The notes beneath the pieces were generated by a model. That model was given only the letters and a program-made list of their open reading frames with translations. It made no database searches and was not told the origin of the DNA. Both the position numbers and the translations under genes were made by a program. A stretch of DNA of 64,000 nt from Octopus sinensis (taxonomy: Eukaryota): positions 3,782,001 to 3,846,000 of the forward strand of contig NC_043004.1 of assembly GCF_006345805.1 (NCBI RefSeq), given 5' to 3'. Positions 1-11,809 of the stretch are shown piece by piece (within the stretch, counting starts at the first letter, position 1; every line of letters begins with the position of its first letter).

Positions 1-87
1 CATGGACAATGAAACCCACCCCGCCACGCCCTGCCCTGCCCCCACACGTCTCCGTAAAACCCAGAAGCATGTCATGTTTCTACTTAC

Positions 88-202
88 TCTTCACTGGCAA
101 AATCTTCATCATAGTCATCATCATCATCATCATCATCCTCAGTCGTAGTCGTGTTGGTGGTGGTAGTGGTAATATTGTTCTTGTCACTTCCAGAAGCTTC
201 CA
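88..202 (-). CDS. Internal coding exon of an unidentified minus-strand host gene (V-EASGSDKNNITTTTTNTTTTEDDDDDDDDYDEDFASE-E/D)
   Basis: Acceptor tttttttttcctcttcag| and donor GA|gtaagt; 115 nt, phase 1 to phase 2, open frame. The phase matches the upstream 45-nt exon, which ends TTT G|. Confidence 0.8.
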
Positions 203-448
203 CTGAAGAGGAAAAAAAAAAATTTTATTTCAACAGATTTAATTTGAGAAATGGATCAAAGTAGAAATCTATAAAACTCTCAATAACTCGATTTGTGATC
301 AATATAGATGCTGTAAGAATTAATCATCAATAACCACAGATGCTCTAAGAATCGAGTTGGCAAATGTGTCCAGTGGTCAATAGGTTAATCCAGGAAAACT
401 AAAAACGGACAGAAACAAGTACCAAACAGCAGCAGCAGCAGTGTGTTT

Positions 449-705
449 CATCATCATCATCATTTAACATCCATTTTCCATGCTGGCATAGGTTGGACAG
501 TTTGACTGAGGTCTGGAGAGCCAGCAGCTGCACCAGGCCCCAATCTGATCTGGCAAGGTTTCTACAGCTGGATGCCCTTCTTAACGCCAACCACTCCAAG
601 AGTGTAGTGGGTGCTTTTTACGTGCCACCAGCACAGGAGCCAGTCAGGCGGACCTGGCATCGACCACATTTGGATGGTGCTTTTTACGTGCCACCAGCAC
701 AGGAG
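449..705 (-). mobile_element. 3' UTR/tail of RTE-type LINE (or derived SINE) ending in (ATG)n
   Basis: Same sequence as the 3' UTR that follows the RTE ORF at 16670-17737, in reverse orientation, with a (CAT)n tail. Confidence 0.8.
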
Positions 706-717
706 CTTTCCCATGCA

Positions 718-1320
718 TGGTCAATGAGGGAGAACAACCAGAGCACAGCAACCAGCTGAATGGAGAGAAACTCAATGAAGTGGACACCTTCAAGTACTTA
801 GGGTTCACTTTGACCAAGGATAGCAACTCTCACAAACAGATAACAACAAAACTCAATTTAGCTTCTGCTGCCATGATGAAGTTAAATGCCATATGGAAAA
901 GCAATTCCATTAGGTTTTGCAACAAGGCTCAAAGAGTACAAGTCCCTGATGACGTTGATCCTTCTGGGGGTGGGGGAGAGAGCCGGACCCTTACAGCTGA
1001 CATGGAGAGAAGGATTCAGGAATTTGTGCCCAAGTGCTTCAAAAGGCTGCAACACATCCCGTGTACACAGTGCACAAAATGAATAGTTTTGTCAGGCAGC
1101 CAGTCGATAAATACTCTGTCAAAGAGGAGCCACTCCCTGTGCAGACAGAAAGACAAAAGCTTGCCTGGCACAATCATGTATCCTGCCACAACTCTCAGTC
1201 CAAAACCATCCTTCAAGGCACAGCTGAGGGAGGTGGGGGTGAAAGAGAGGCAGACAGAGAAAACCCTGGTCTGAGAACATCAACAACTGGAAAGGTCACA
1301 ACAGTGTGACTCTGCTGTGA
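718..1320 (+). mobile_element. Degenerate RTE-clade LINE, RT C-terminal fragment
   Basis: LNGEKLNEVDTFKYLG...AAMMKLNAIWKSNSI, then frameshifted ...RQKLAWHNHVSCHNSQSKTILQGTAEGG, typical of the RTE RT thumb. Confidence 0.8.
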
Positions 1321-1726
1321 ATGACAAGAGGACAGAAACCAAATGAGAAAGCATTTTCAAGGGCACCCCAATGACTGGCAGCACCAGATAAACGAACTTG
1401 ATGAGAATGAGGACTTATTTTATCAATCACTTTTTACTGGACTACATAGTTATGGGGACGTAAACAAACTAACACTGCAGATACATACATATACACAATG
1501 GGCTTCCACACAGTCACAATCTACCAAATTCACTCACAAGGCATGCAAAACACGGGTTTTGCCACACATCTTTACAATGATCCCAATTTGTGATTCTTGT
1601 GCAAAATAAAGAATTGAATCTTATTGCTACAACAACAACAACAACTTAACATTTCCAAACAAAAGAAAACAAGAAAATTACTATTTTTAAATCTGACAAC
1701 GAGAGATATTCGGCAACAGTACTTTG

Positions 1727-2141
1727 GAGTAAAGATTATTTTGCCAACATAACATGGCAGTCCTGGTTTAGGACGAATGTTGCTGTAATTTAGCCCCAGG
1801 AGACATCATCTCCAGCTGGCTATACATTTCTGGGTTATTTCTGAGCTATTTCATAATTTCTGGGTTATTTACAGGTTATTTCGTAATTTCTGGGTTATTT
1901 ACAGGTTATTTCGTAATTTCTGGGTTATTTACGGGCTATTTTGTGATTTCTGGGCTATTTCGCGACATACAGATATTGTTTTGAGCTGAGAGAGTGTGCT
2001 AGATTCCCTTGTTCAAAAATATAAGGACAAAGATCATGTCATATAGCCAGCTGGAGACGATGTCTCTCCTGGGGCTAAATTACAGCAACATTCATCCTAA
2101 ACCAGGACTGCCATATTTTGTTGGCAAAATAATCTTTACTC
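1727..2141. mobile_element. Foldback MITE, copy 1, with its internal left arm replaced by a 30-bp tandem array
   Basis: About 100-bp TIRs (gagtaaagattattttgccaac...gttggcaaaataatctttactc); homologous to 16146-16541. Confidence 0.85.
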
Positions 2142-2459
2142 AAAAGAATACCAGATGAAATATTCTTGTGGTTCATTTCATCATTTCTACATTCTAAGTT
2201 CAAAGCCCACCACAAACAACTTTGCTTCCAGAGTTCATGAAACAAGTCATTGGTTGAGGTCAATTTAATCAACTCTACTCACACATCACCCTCCATTATA
2301 TATCTGTAGTCTTGCATTAGTCTAAGAAGCCATCAAGGTTGTGTGAAGATCTCACTGAGATCTTGAAGTTCCACCAGGAAAGGAAAATGAGAGTGGAGAG
2401 GGAAGTATTACCCCCACCCTCGCCCCACTGAATTTGTGAAAAGATGGGTGACTGAGGCA

Positions 2460-3527
2460 AAAATGTAGGCTGTGTGGTAAGTAGCTTGCTTACCAACCAA
2501 ATGGTTCCGGGTTCAGTCCCGCTGCGTGGCACCTTGGGCAAGTGTCTTCTACCATAGCCTCGGGCCGACCAAAGCCTTGTGAGTGAATTTGGTAGAGGAA
2601 ACTGATAGAAGCCCGTCGTACATATCTCTCTATATATAAACGGCAGTCTGTGTGTCTGTCAATTGTACCCTCACCCTGACCACAGCTTTCAACCGATTCT
2701 GATGAAACTTGACACACACATAGCCCAATGTCATAATTCAAAACTAACACAGCGAAAATTTTGAAAAGTTCCCCCAGTTCTGAAAAGAATCGATAAATTC
2801 GACATGGGGTCGAGAATCTAAGCTTTTTATATGCAAAAAAGCAGGCAGCAATGTGAGTGACAACAACGAAAAAATCAAAAGTGACCAAACTGAACAAACG
2901 AATGGAAAAGGTATTTTGGTGCACACGACAAAAGCAGTTTATAATAAACCAAGAGTTTGCAAGTAGCGTCCGAGGACCCTTAAGGTACATCAAAAATTTA
3001 AGGTTTGGGGTGGTAGTTATAAAAAAAGTTTAAACAAAAAAAGTATTCGAATAACTTGCGGCTGCAGCAGCTATTAGCAGAAGTTGGGGGTAAAGTCTGG
3101 AATGTAATTTCTTCCTGGTAGGAATTGGTTGGGTTGAATTATCGATAGCTGTTTGATAGTTATTTGAGAGTGAAGAGAAGACATTGCAACCTACACATGC
3201 GCCTTCGTTCCCTAGAGGGAAAGGACTAGATTGGGATTAGTCGTTGCCTACTAGGGGCTCTTACATACCCGGGCAACGCCGGGCTATGCTGCTAGTGTAT
3301 ATATATATGTGTGTGTGTGTGTATATGTTTGTGTGCCTGTGTTTGTTCCCCAACATCGCTTGACAACCGATGCTGGTGTGTTTACGTACCCATAACTTAG
3401 CAGTTCGGCAAAAGAGACCAATAGAATAAGTACTAGGCCTACAAAGAATAAGTCCTTGGGTCGATTTGCTCGACTAAAGGCAGTGCTCCAGCATGGCCAC
3501 AGTCAAATGACTGAAACAAGTAAAAGA

Positions 3528-3530
<3 letters not shown>
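2460..3530 (+). mobile_element. tRNA-headed SINE (family A), split by a Helitron at 2625-3295
   Basis: A/B-box-like head (ggctgtgtggtaag...ggttcagtccc). The body resumes at 3296 and ends ...gactgaaacaagtaaaagag(ag)n. Uninterrupted relatives at 36965-37335, 53305-53660 and 8375-8742. Confidence 0.85.
2625..3295 (+). mobile_element. Non-autonomous Helitron (about 670 bp)
   Basis: 5' A|TCtctctatatataaa; 3' hairpin CCCGG-gcaacg-CCGGG (3268-3283), then CTAG|T 8 nt later; AT target site, no TSD. Confidence 0.85.
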
Positions 3531-3568
<38 letters not shown>

Positions 3569-3917
3569 TGACTCTTAACAGAGTAACCCTGGATCTGTGG
3601 GGTTCCTTGATTGCCCCCAGCTGGAGTTTCTGCATCTTTCATACTATCAGATATTTTGTAATGCTAAGTAGACTTTTATCCCATTTCACTGTCTCTTCCA
3701 TTCCTTTATGTAAATCCCCCTTACACAATTTGTTGTCTGTTCTTGTCAGGTCCCCACCATCTATTCCGCTGGGGCTAATAAAAGAAATTATCATTTGGCT
3801 AATTTAGTTAGCAGGTATTTTATCTTGAGGTTTGGTGACAACAAGTCTCCTCAAATCACTGCCAGTCTTTTAAGTAGTAGTCTGGCTGTTGTGCCAAGTG
3901 AACATCATCATCATCAA

Positions 3918-3960
<43 letters not shown>

Positions 3961-4175
3961 AAGGCAGTGAGTTGGCAGAATTGTTAGCGCACTAGACAAA
4001 ATGCTTAGCGGTATTCCACCTGTTGCGACATTCTGAGTTCAAATTCTGCCGAGGTCTACTTCGCCTTTCATCCTTTCAGGGCCAATAAGATCGGTACCAG
4101 TTGAACACTGGGGTCGATGTAATCAACTAGTCCCCTTCCTCAAAATGGCTGCCCTCGTGGTAAAATTTGAAACCA
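3961..4175 (+). mobile_element. tRNA-headed SINE (family B; central gccgaggtc...ctttcatcctt domain resembling Meta/CORE-type SINE cores)
   Basis: Head aaggcagtgagttggcagaa, B-box-like gagttcaaattc; relatives at 43530-43727 and 50610-51009. Confidence 0.75.
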
Positions 4176-4183
4176 TCATTATA

Positions 4184-4216
<33 letters not shown>

Positions 4217-4577
4217 TCAACAATCATATATATTTATTGTATATTTTCATTACATAACCAAGTATAGCTCTGTGTGTGTGTGTGTGTGTGTCTTGTCATG
4301 CTATTTTCTCAATGTCACATACAAGTCATGGTATTTGGGGCTTTATATTTGTCTGCAATGCTTTTTATCATTCTCAAGGCGCCTCTTATTACAGAAATAA
4401 CACTTCCACCCCTCCACCTATCCTGGTTGTCTCTATTTCTAGCTCTTCATATTCAAAGACATTTCCATATTAGTCATTCATTAGAACCAATTTGTCAATC
4501 AACCGACATTACTTCTCCTGCTCGTATCTAACAACGATACCTGAGAAGCAATTTAACTTAATTCTCCCAGTCTCTGT

Positions 4578-4581
<4 letters not shown>

Positions 4582-4609
<28 letters not shown>

Positions 4610-5040
4610 GTTTAACGTCCTTTTTCCATGCTAGCATAGGTTGAACGGTTCGATCGGGGTCTGGGAAGCCATGGAGGCTGCACCAGGCTCTAGTCTGATT
4701 TGGCAGTGTTTCTACAGCTGGATGCCCTTCCTAACGCCAACCACTCCGTGAGTGTAGTGGGTGTTTTTTACATGCCACCAGCACAGGGGCCAGAGCAGAC
4801 TGGCAAACAGCTATGATCGGTTGGTGCTTTTACGTGTCACCAACACGGACGCCCGTCAGGTGGCGCTGGCATCTGCCACGTTCGGATGATGCTTTTTATG
4901 TGTCATCAGCACGGGTGTCTTAACTACAATTTCCATTTGATTTTTATTTTGATGGTGATGTACTTGACTCAATAGGTCTCCTCAAGAACAGCGGGTCACG
5001 CTACGATCCAAGGTTAGCACAGCAGGCCGTCCTGCGAGCC
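4582..5040 (-). mobile_element. RTE LINE 3' UTR
   Basis: Reverse complement matches 17300-17737; (CAT)n tail. Confidence 0.8.
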
Positions 5041-5489
5041 ATACAATTATTATTACTATTATTATTATTATTTATGCTCTAGTGTGTGCATACTGAAGAG
5101 CGTGTATAAAATGAAATCAAATATATAATCTGTTATACACACAACACTTCCATTGTCTGTCAGACAATTTGCCGATAAATATTTTCTACCCACACCCTCT
5201 CCCTACCCTACATATCGATCACCACCACCCCAGCCACTCCTAATATCTCTCGCCATCACTTGCTACAGTCACTTCCACCGCATCTCTAAACATCTTTCCC
5301 CATCACACTCTTATGAAACATCCCCGCCTTTGTACCACTTATATTCTTCCCAAGTATCCCCTCTATAGTAAGACATCCATCTTTCTCCCTCCATTATATT
5401 CTAACCTCTCAACCAGCACAAAGCCACCTCCCTCGGTTCCACTCTCTCTCTCAGCTTTGTTTTGTGAGTTACTTGATAACCCCACTGGT

Positions 5490-5681
5490 GTTGGTGCCAT
5501 GTAAAAAGCATCAGTGCTGGTGCCACATAAAAGGCACCCTGTACACTCCGTAAAGTGGTTGGCACTAGGAAGGGCATCCAGCTGTGGAAACCATGACAAA
5601 ACAGACAACAGAGCCAACTCCAGAGTCCAACCATCCGACCCATGCCAGCATGGAACATGGACATTAAATGATGATGGTGAT
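5490..5681 (+). mobile_element. RTE LINE 3' UTR fragment
   Basis: ggaagggcatccagctgt...ccatgccagcatggaacatggacattaaatgatgatg tail. Confidence 0.75.
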
Positions 5682-5686
5682 GATAT

Positions 5687-5724
<38 letters not shown>

Positions 5725-5872
5725 ACACACCAGAGTAAGCACATAAATGTGAAACAAGGTAGGAAAAAAATAGTACTCGAATACCAGAGGTAGAGTAATA
5801 TGCTTTATCATTAAAGATGCAAAAACATCGATGTTTTTGCAGCTTTAATAATAAAGTGGCAATGAGTATAGT

Positions 5873-6120
5873 GAAGGATCAGCCTTCAGCCCCCTCTTAT
5901 TCATCATAGTCCACCAGGCAATAACAGAGGAATCCAAGACAGGTTGCCCCTGGAAGCTCCTCTATGCTGATGACCTGGCCCTCATAGCAGAATCACTGCC
6001 AGAACTAGAGAAGAAATTTCAGGTGTGGAAGCAAGGTTTAGAATCAAAGGGTCATAGAGTCAATGTTTCAAAGACCAAAGTTCTAAGTAGGAAGGCGAAT
6101 ACATCACACACTCCTTCAGG
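5873..6120 (+). mobile_element. RTE LINE reverse transcriptase core fragment
   Basis: GSAFSPLLFIIV...CPWKLLYADDLALIAESLPELEKKFQVWKQGLESKGHRVNVSKTKVL (YADD motif). Confidence 0.85.
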
Positions 6121-6996
6121 CTGGAGGGTATATCAGCCAAAACGTTGTGCTAACAACAAACAAGATGAGGACAAATATCCGTCAAATGTAAATAATGTAA
6201 ATAATGTGAATAATCTTTTATTGATATGAATGAAAATAAGAATGTACCACAGGCTATTAAGCTTTGTTAAAATGTTACCATCATGGCCATACTGTAGCAG
6301 AATAATATTATCAATGCATTTGGAAGGGCATCCAGCTGTAAAATCTATGCTAAAAACTGACCTCGCCTGTGCTGGTGCCACATAAAATGCACTCAGTCCA
6401 CTCTGCAGCGTGGTTGGTGCTAGGAAGAGCATCCAGCCATAAAAACCTTGCCAGCTCCTGTCAAACTGTCCAACCCATGCCAGCATGGAAAACAGACGTT
6501 AAATTATAATGATGATGTCTTTGGTTTCATTCCATATTCAGGATTATTTACTTCCTGACATAATAATTAAAATAACAACTGTCAAAGCAGAAGAGGAAAA
6601 TGTGTCACAAAGAATATAGTTTTCAAAGATTCTACATGTTGTCTCCTAACACAGACCCTTCAGTCCTATCCATGAGGATTTTATTCCGTCTCAAATATCA
6701 AACTCTTCAGAAAAACAAATACATTTTCTAGTTGTCTATGATATTGCAACAATCTTACAGTCTTCAAAATAACTAAAGAATGTTCAAAGAACTGCTAGTT
6801 GTTATTAGCATTGTCCCAGTACTGAAGACTGAGTGTTTGGATCCCTTTGCACCCCATTCCTAACAATATCCCCTTCTAATTCCCATTGCATCAGTTTCTG
6901 TCACATAAACTGGAAGAATTTGTCTCAAATCATTCAACAAATGAGAAGCATCAACTGTCAGAAGAGACGAAAATAATTTCAGAAATGGTAACTTAC

Positions 6997-7041
6997 CAAA
7001 CTTGAGATCAACAACTTTTTTGTTGAGGTTCGTTAAGGGAT
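6997..7041 (-). CDS. 45-nt internal coding exon (D-PLTNLNKKVVDLKF-), same gene
   Basis: Acceptor tttctttcag| and donor TTTG|gtaagt. Only the phase-1 frame is open; the other two contain stops. It joins in frame to the exons on both sides. Confidence 0.8.
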
Positions 7042-7786
7042 CTGAAAGAAATTAGGAGTGAGTTTGAGAATTCAACAATTAAACATTCAACAACAATTAT
7101 TATCAAATGATGCCAGATTTTTAGGAGCCAATATAAGTCAACGTATTTCTCTACACTAAATATAAACAGTAATTAAGAGAAGAATAATTTACAGAAGATG
7201 CCAGCACAAGAGTCTGTCTTTAGATTCCATCAGTAGATTCCATTTCTTCACAGATTTATACTTAAAATGTTAAAATGTTACCATCATGGCCATACTGTAA
7301 CGGAATAATATTATCAATGCATTTGGAAGGGCATCCAGCTGTAAAATCTTTGCTAAAACTGTCAGTCAGTCTATATATATATACATACATACATACATAC
7401 ATACATACACAGACACACACACATTCATATACATCAGGCTTCTACACAATTCCCATCTCCCCAATTTCACTGGAAGAAAAGATTCTACAAAGGTGCCAAA
7501 CAATAGGATTGAACTCAGGAACATAAATTTGTGAAAAATACTTCTAGAGTACACAATCAGGTGTTACATACATCAGAGGAAATAACTGGTGGTCTTCATT
7601 GGGAAAGAAAAAATTGGTGAAAATTGGTGGCAACAAAATGAATTCATTGTCTGTGAGGAAAGGTGAAGACTGAGGGTTCAAGCACTCTTCACATTTCTCC
7701 GAAGGGCCTCGCTCTTAAACCTTAAGGTTCCTCCCCACATGGCACACGAACCACCCTCCTCCCTTATTTCACCAAATAAAACTTAC

Positions 7787-7911
7787 CTTTGTTAAGGATT
7801 TCGTTGTTTTCTTTGGTAGAATTTGATAATTTAGGCACAAATGTTACAGGTTTAGCTTGGAAAAGGGTACAGTCATCAGCAGCAGTAGTTTTCTGGCCCC
7901 AGTTGGTATCC
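7787..7911 (-). CDS. Internal coding exon (DTNWGQKTTAADDCTLFQAKPVTFVPKLSNSTKENNEILNK-), same gene
   Basis: Acceptor tgttttgtgtttag| and donor AAAG|gtaagt; 125 nt, phase 2 to phase 1, open; lies within supplied ORF 7764..7967. Confidence 0.8.
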
Positions 7912-8374
7912 CTAAACACAAAACATAATATATATATATATTTGTATGTATATACATATATACACACAAATCATCATCATCATCATTACCATCATTTTAA
8001 CAAACACTTCCCTATGTTCGTACAGGTTGAACAAAGTTTGCTGAGGCAGATTTTCATCAACTCAAAAACATGGAATTAAATTCTCAGCCAAAATAATTTC
8101 TGGATTAGGAATTTTTTTTTTTTTTTTTTACATAAACGGCATCACCTTTACAGAGAAAGGAAAAATCAGATCGTGAGGCATTCATGCCCTTCTCAAAGCA
8201 ACAGAAGCAAAACAAAATAATAACATCCTGAAATAAAAATTGAATCCCAGACTGATCTTAAGAACTTTTAAAATATGAACCATTGTGGAAGCCCTTAAGA
8301 CATTTTAAGGGTCAAGGTTTAAGGTCTGAATAGGTTTTTAGGGACTAATATTCTTTTATTTGTTACAGTAATTT

Positions 8375-8742
8375 GACTGTGGCCATGCTGGAGCACCACC
8401 TTTAGTCGAGCAAATCGAGCCCAGGACTTATTCTTTGTAAGCCTAGTACTTATTCTATCGTTCTCTTTTGCCGAACCACTAAGTTATGAGGATTGTAAAC
8501 ACACCAGCATCGGTTGTCAAGCGATGTTGGGGGGACAAACACAGACACACAAACATATACACACACATACATATACATATATATATACATATATACGACG
8601 GACTTCTTTCAGTTTCTGTCTACCAAATCCACTCACAAGGCTTTGGTTGGCCCAAGGCTATAGTAGAAGACACTTGCCCAAGGTGCCACGCAGTGGGACT
8701 GGACCCGGAACCATGTGGTTGGTAAGCAAGCTACTTACCACA
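8375..8742 (-). mobile_element. tRNA-headed SINE family A
   Basis: Reverse complement of the 2460/3296-3530 element, with an internal TA/CA microsatellite. Confidence 0.85.
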
Positions 8743-8971
8743 TATGCACTCTTACGCCTACAATTACTTAATACTTAATTTCTTCTTCAAAATAAGAGAC
8801 TGACACAAGACAAGTGTCTCCTCTCAAAGACGTGTGGGGAGGGGGGAGGGGAATACTATGATGGTTATGATGGTAGTGGTATGGAGGTTGTAGTATGAGA
8901 CGTGAGAGCTTGAATGGATTAAAACCTGCAGGATTTTAAATCAAAATTGAAAATATTGGAAGTTATCTAAC

Positions 8972-9106
8972 CTTACAGATCCACTGAGCCCCACCACCAC
9001 CACCAGTGAAGGACTGACCAACAAAATTAGACATGGTAGAGTTTGAACTCACTATGAAGAGGATCAAAACTAAACACTGTAAACTCTTCCGTTGTCACAA
9101 GTTTGC
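8972..9106 (-). CDS. Candidate upstream exon (5'UTR plus possible start) of the same gene; reading frame unresolved
   Basis: Branch-point/acceptor cctaactttcttctcag| at 9107; two overlapping donors (TCT|gtaagg at 8977, AAG|gttaga at 8972); accATG at 9034 gives MSNFVGQSFTGGGGGAQWI. Neither donor puts that ATG in phase 2 with the next exon. Confidence 0.35.
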
Positions 9107-10642
9107 CTGAGAAGAAAGTTAGGTTTGGCCGGATTTGAACCCAACATGCAGTGGATGACAAAACTAAACACAATAAAAGCAAAGAATTTATATTTAAAAG
9201 AGAAAAAAAAATACAATGAAGAAACAAAAAATATAAATAAGATTTTTCTGAATTTGCTCTTTAAAAAAAAAAAAAAAGAGAAACTTTGCAAAGACAGAGC
9301 CGAGGAAGATTGCACACATTTACAAAGTGAAGAATTGTGAGTGAAGTCAATTATTGTTTGTCTTTTGTTTGTCAATGTTTATACAGCGAGATTAAGTAAT
9401 TTGGGAGCAGAACAAGGCGAGATTCAATAGATATTGGGATGCACTCCAACTTAATGTTACAACCATAACAATAACAACATAAACAGCCTCCACACTTTCT
9501 CTCTATACAGGATGTTGCAATGGGCGGCGCAGTGAAAAAAAAAAGGCAAGATTTCAAAATTCAACCCCCCACCACCATCACCACCACCACCACAACAACA
9601 GCAACACCCAAACATTAAATTACAAAGAACAAAAAAAAAAGTTCCATTCAGGAGGAGGAGAAGGAAGAGGAGGGTTTATGGAAAATAATACATTAAACTT
9701 ACACAAGAAATATTGCTGAGATCAGACTCAACACAAAGCAAGTCTTTTTTCTTGTGTTGTTGGTTGTTGTTTTTTATAATTTTTTTTTTTAAAACCCTCC
9801 ACCACCACCACCACCACTGCCATGTACACTTCTGTGCTACATTGAAAATAACACAGAAAATACAAGTAAAATTTAACACTGCAAAATATCCATCCATTGG
9901 AAATACTTGAAATAAAAATATAGCCAAGTAATTTCGGGATATTTTTTTTTCCCTGTTTGTTCTACATTTTTTTTTCAGTCCATTATAAACAAAAAAAAAA
10001 AAAATAACACCAAAGAAAATGAACAAAAATAAATTTTAAACCATTGAAAATTTATCTAAAACTAAAACTAAAATAAAAAATAAGTAAAAATAAATAAAAT
10101 AAGTTTATTGAAAAAAAAAAAAAAAAAGAAAGAAAGGAAGGAAAAAAAGAAGTGAAATCAAAACTAAACAGAGTCGGCAGTTCCATGATTTAGATGCAAG
10201 AACAGGAACGGTGTTTAGCTATGCAAGTTTGAGAAGAGTCACCCAAGCAGACTGGCTTCTCTGTAACTGCTTTGCTAGGCCTCGTGTTGACTGTTGATTC
10301 TGAATACAAGCCTGACACGATGCCAGAAGATGTGAGCTGTGTGACGCTGGAGAAGCAAATGATGCGTGGCGCTGTGAGCAAGCGATTCGCATGACGAGTT
10401 CGACGCACAACTGATGTTGCCAAGACGATTACCGCCTCCTAATTCCAATATTTCCACAGTTTTCTCTTAATGTCCACAGTTTTGTTTACTCCATTAACTA
10501 GTCATTCTGGACATTTCTCCATGCTCTCTCTCACTCTCTCTCTCTGACACACACACACACACACACATTTAGTTTACACAACACACGTACACACAAACAG
10601 TAGCATACAAGCTTACAAATAAAATGAATGACAACAATGTGT

Positions 10643-10685
<43 letters not shown>

Positions 10686-11069
10686 CACATATGGACACAC
10701 AGACACACATGCACACACACACACATGTCCCCTATAAATACATATATCTGTACATTACACATATATATATCTATTATTTAATATTGATTTCCCTTTGATT
10801 AGCTTCCTAACAACAACAAGAACAACAACAAGCACCGAGATGTTTCTAGTGATTTTTAAAGAGGAGAAACCAAAAAAAAAACCCAAAAGAAAAACCAAAA
10901 AAAAAAAAAACCAACAAAAAAAAACAGAGGAAAAGAAACAAGAGAAGAATAGAAGAGGGAGGAGAAGAGGAGGGAAAGAAAGGAAAATAATGCCAAAGTA
11001 TAACAAACTTCAAAGAAACCAATTTAATGGCAAAAAGTAGAAAAATACAAAAGGTTTTATTAAAATACA

Positions 11070-11100
<31 letters not shown>

Positions 11101-11154
11101 ATATCTATATATACAATGTATATATGTATATATATACATATATGTATGTATATA

Positions 11155-11236
<82 letters not shown>

Positions 11237-11248
11237 TGTATGTATATA

Positions 11249-11282
<34 letters not shown>

Positions 11283-11528
11283 GCACAGCATTGGAAATGG
11301 ATGGCTATGAGGGGGGGGAGGAGGGTTAAAGATAAATAAATAGAAAGTTTGGTAGGAGGGAGGGGGTGAGAAAATTTATTAAACTGGAAAGTGTAGCGAG
11401 GAGAGAAGAGAAGAGAAGTCGCCATGAGAGAAGAGAACGGGAGATAATGGAAGAGAATGGAATATGTTGTGTTGTGTTGTGATATGATATAATAATAAGA
11501 GAAACACATATAGATAACAACAACAGTA

Positions 11529-11561
<33 letters not shown>

Positions 11562-11581
11562 GTAGTAGTAATAATAATAAT

Positions 11582-11646
<65 letters not shown>

Positions 11647-11778
11647 TGATGATGATGATGATGATAATAATAATAAGCTGAAGAAGAGACGGAACTCGTG
11701 AGAAAGTGATTAATGTTAAGTCCGGAAAAATTAAGTCTGAAACAAGAATAGAATTGGTGTGTGTGTGTGTCTGTGTGT

Positions 11779-11809
<31 letters not shown>

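Noticed and set aside
1826-1962. 30-bp periodic array resembling a CRISPR or iteron array
   Set aside because: No unique spacers, no cas genes, eukaryotic context; it derives from the MITE hairpin tip.
8146-8227. Possible minus-strand exon (atttcag|GATGTT...AAAG|gtgatg)
   Set aside because: Its only open frame is phase 0 to phase 1, incompatible with the phase-2 start of exon 7911-7787; the donor is weak.
10190-10457. Three overlapping 60-77 aa ORFs as a coding exon
   Set aside because: No convincing acceptor or recognisable domain in any frame; kept only as part of the UTR-like block finding.
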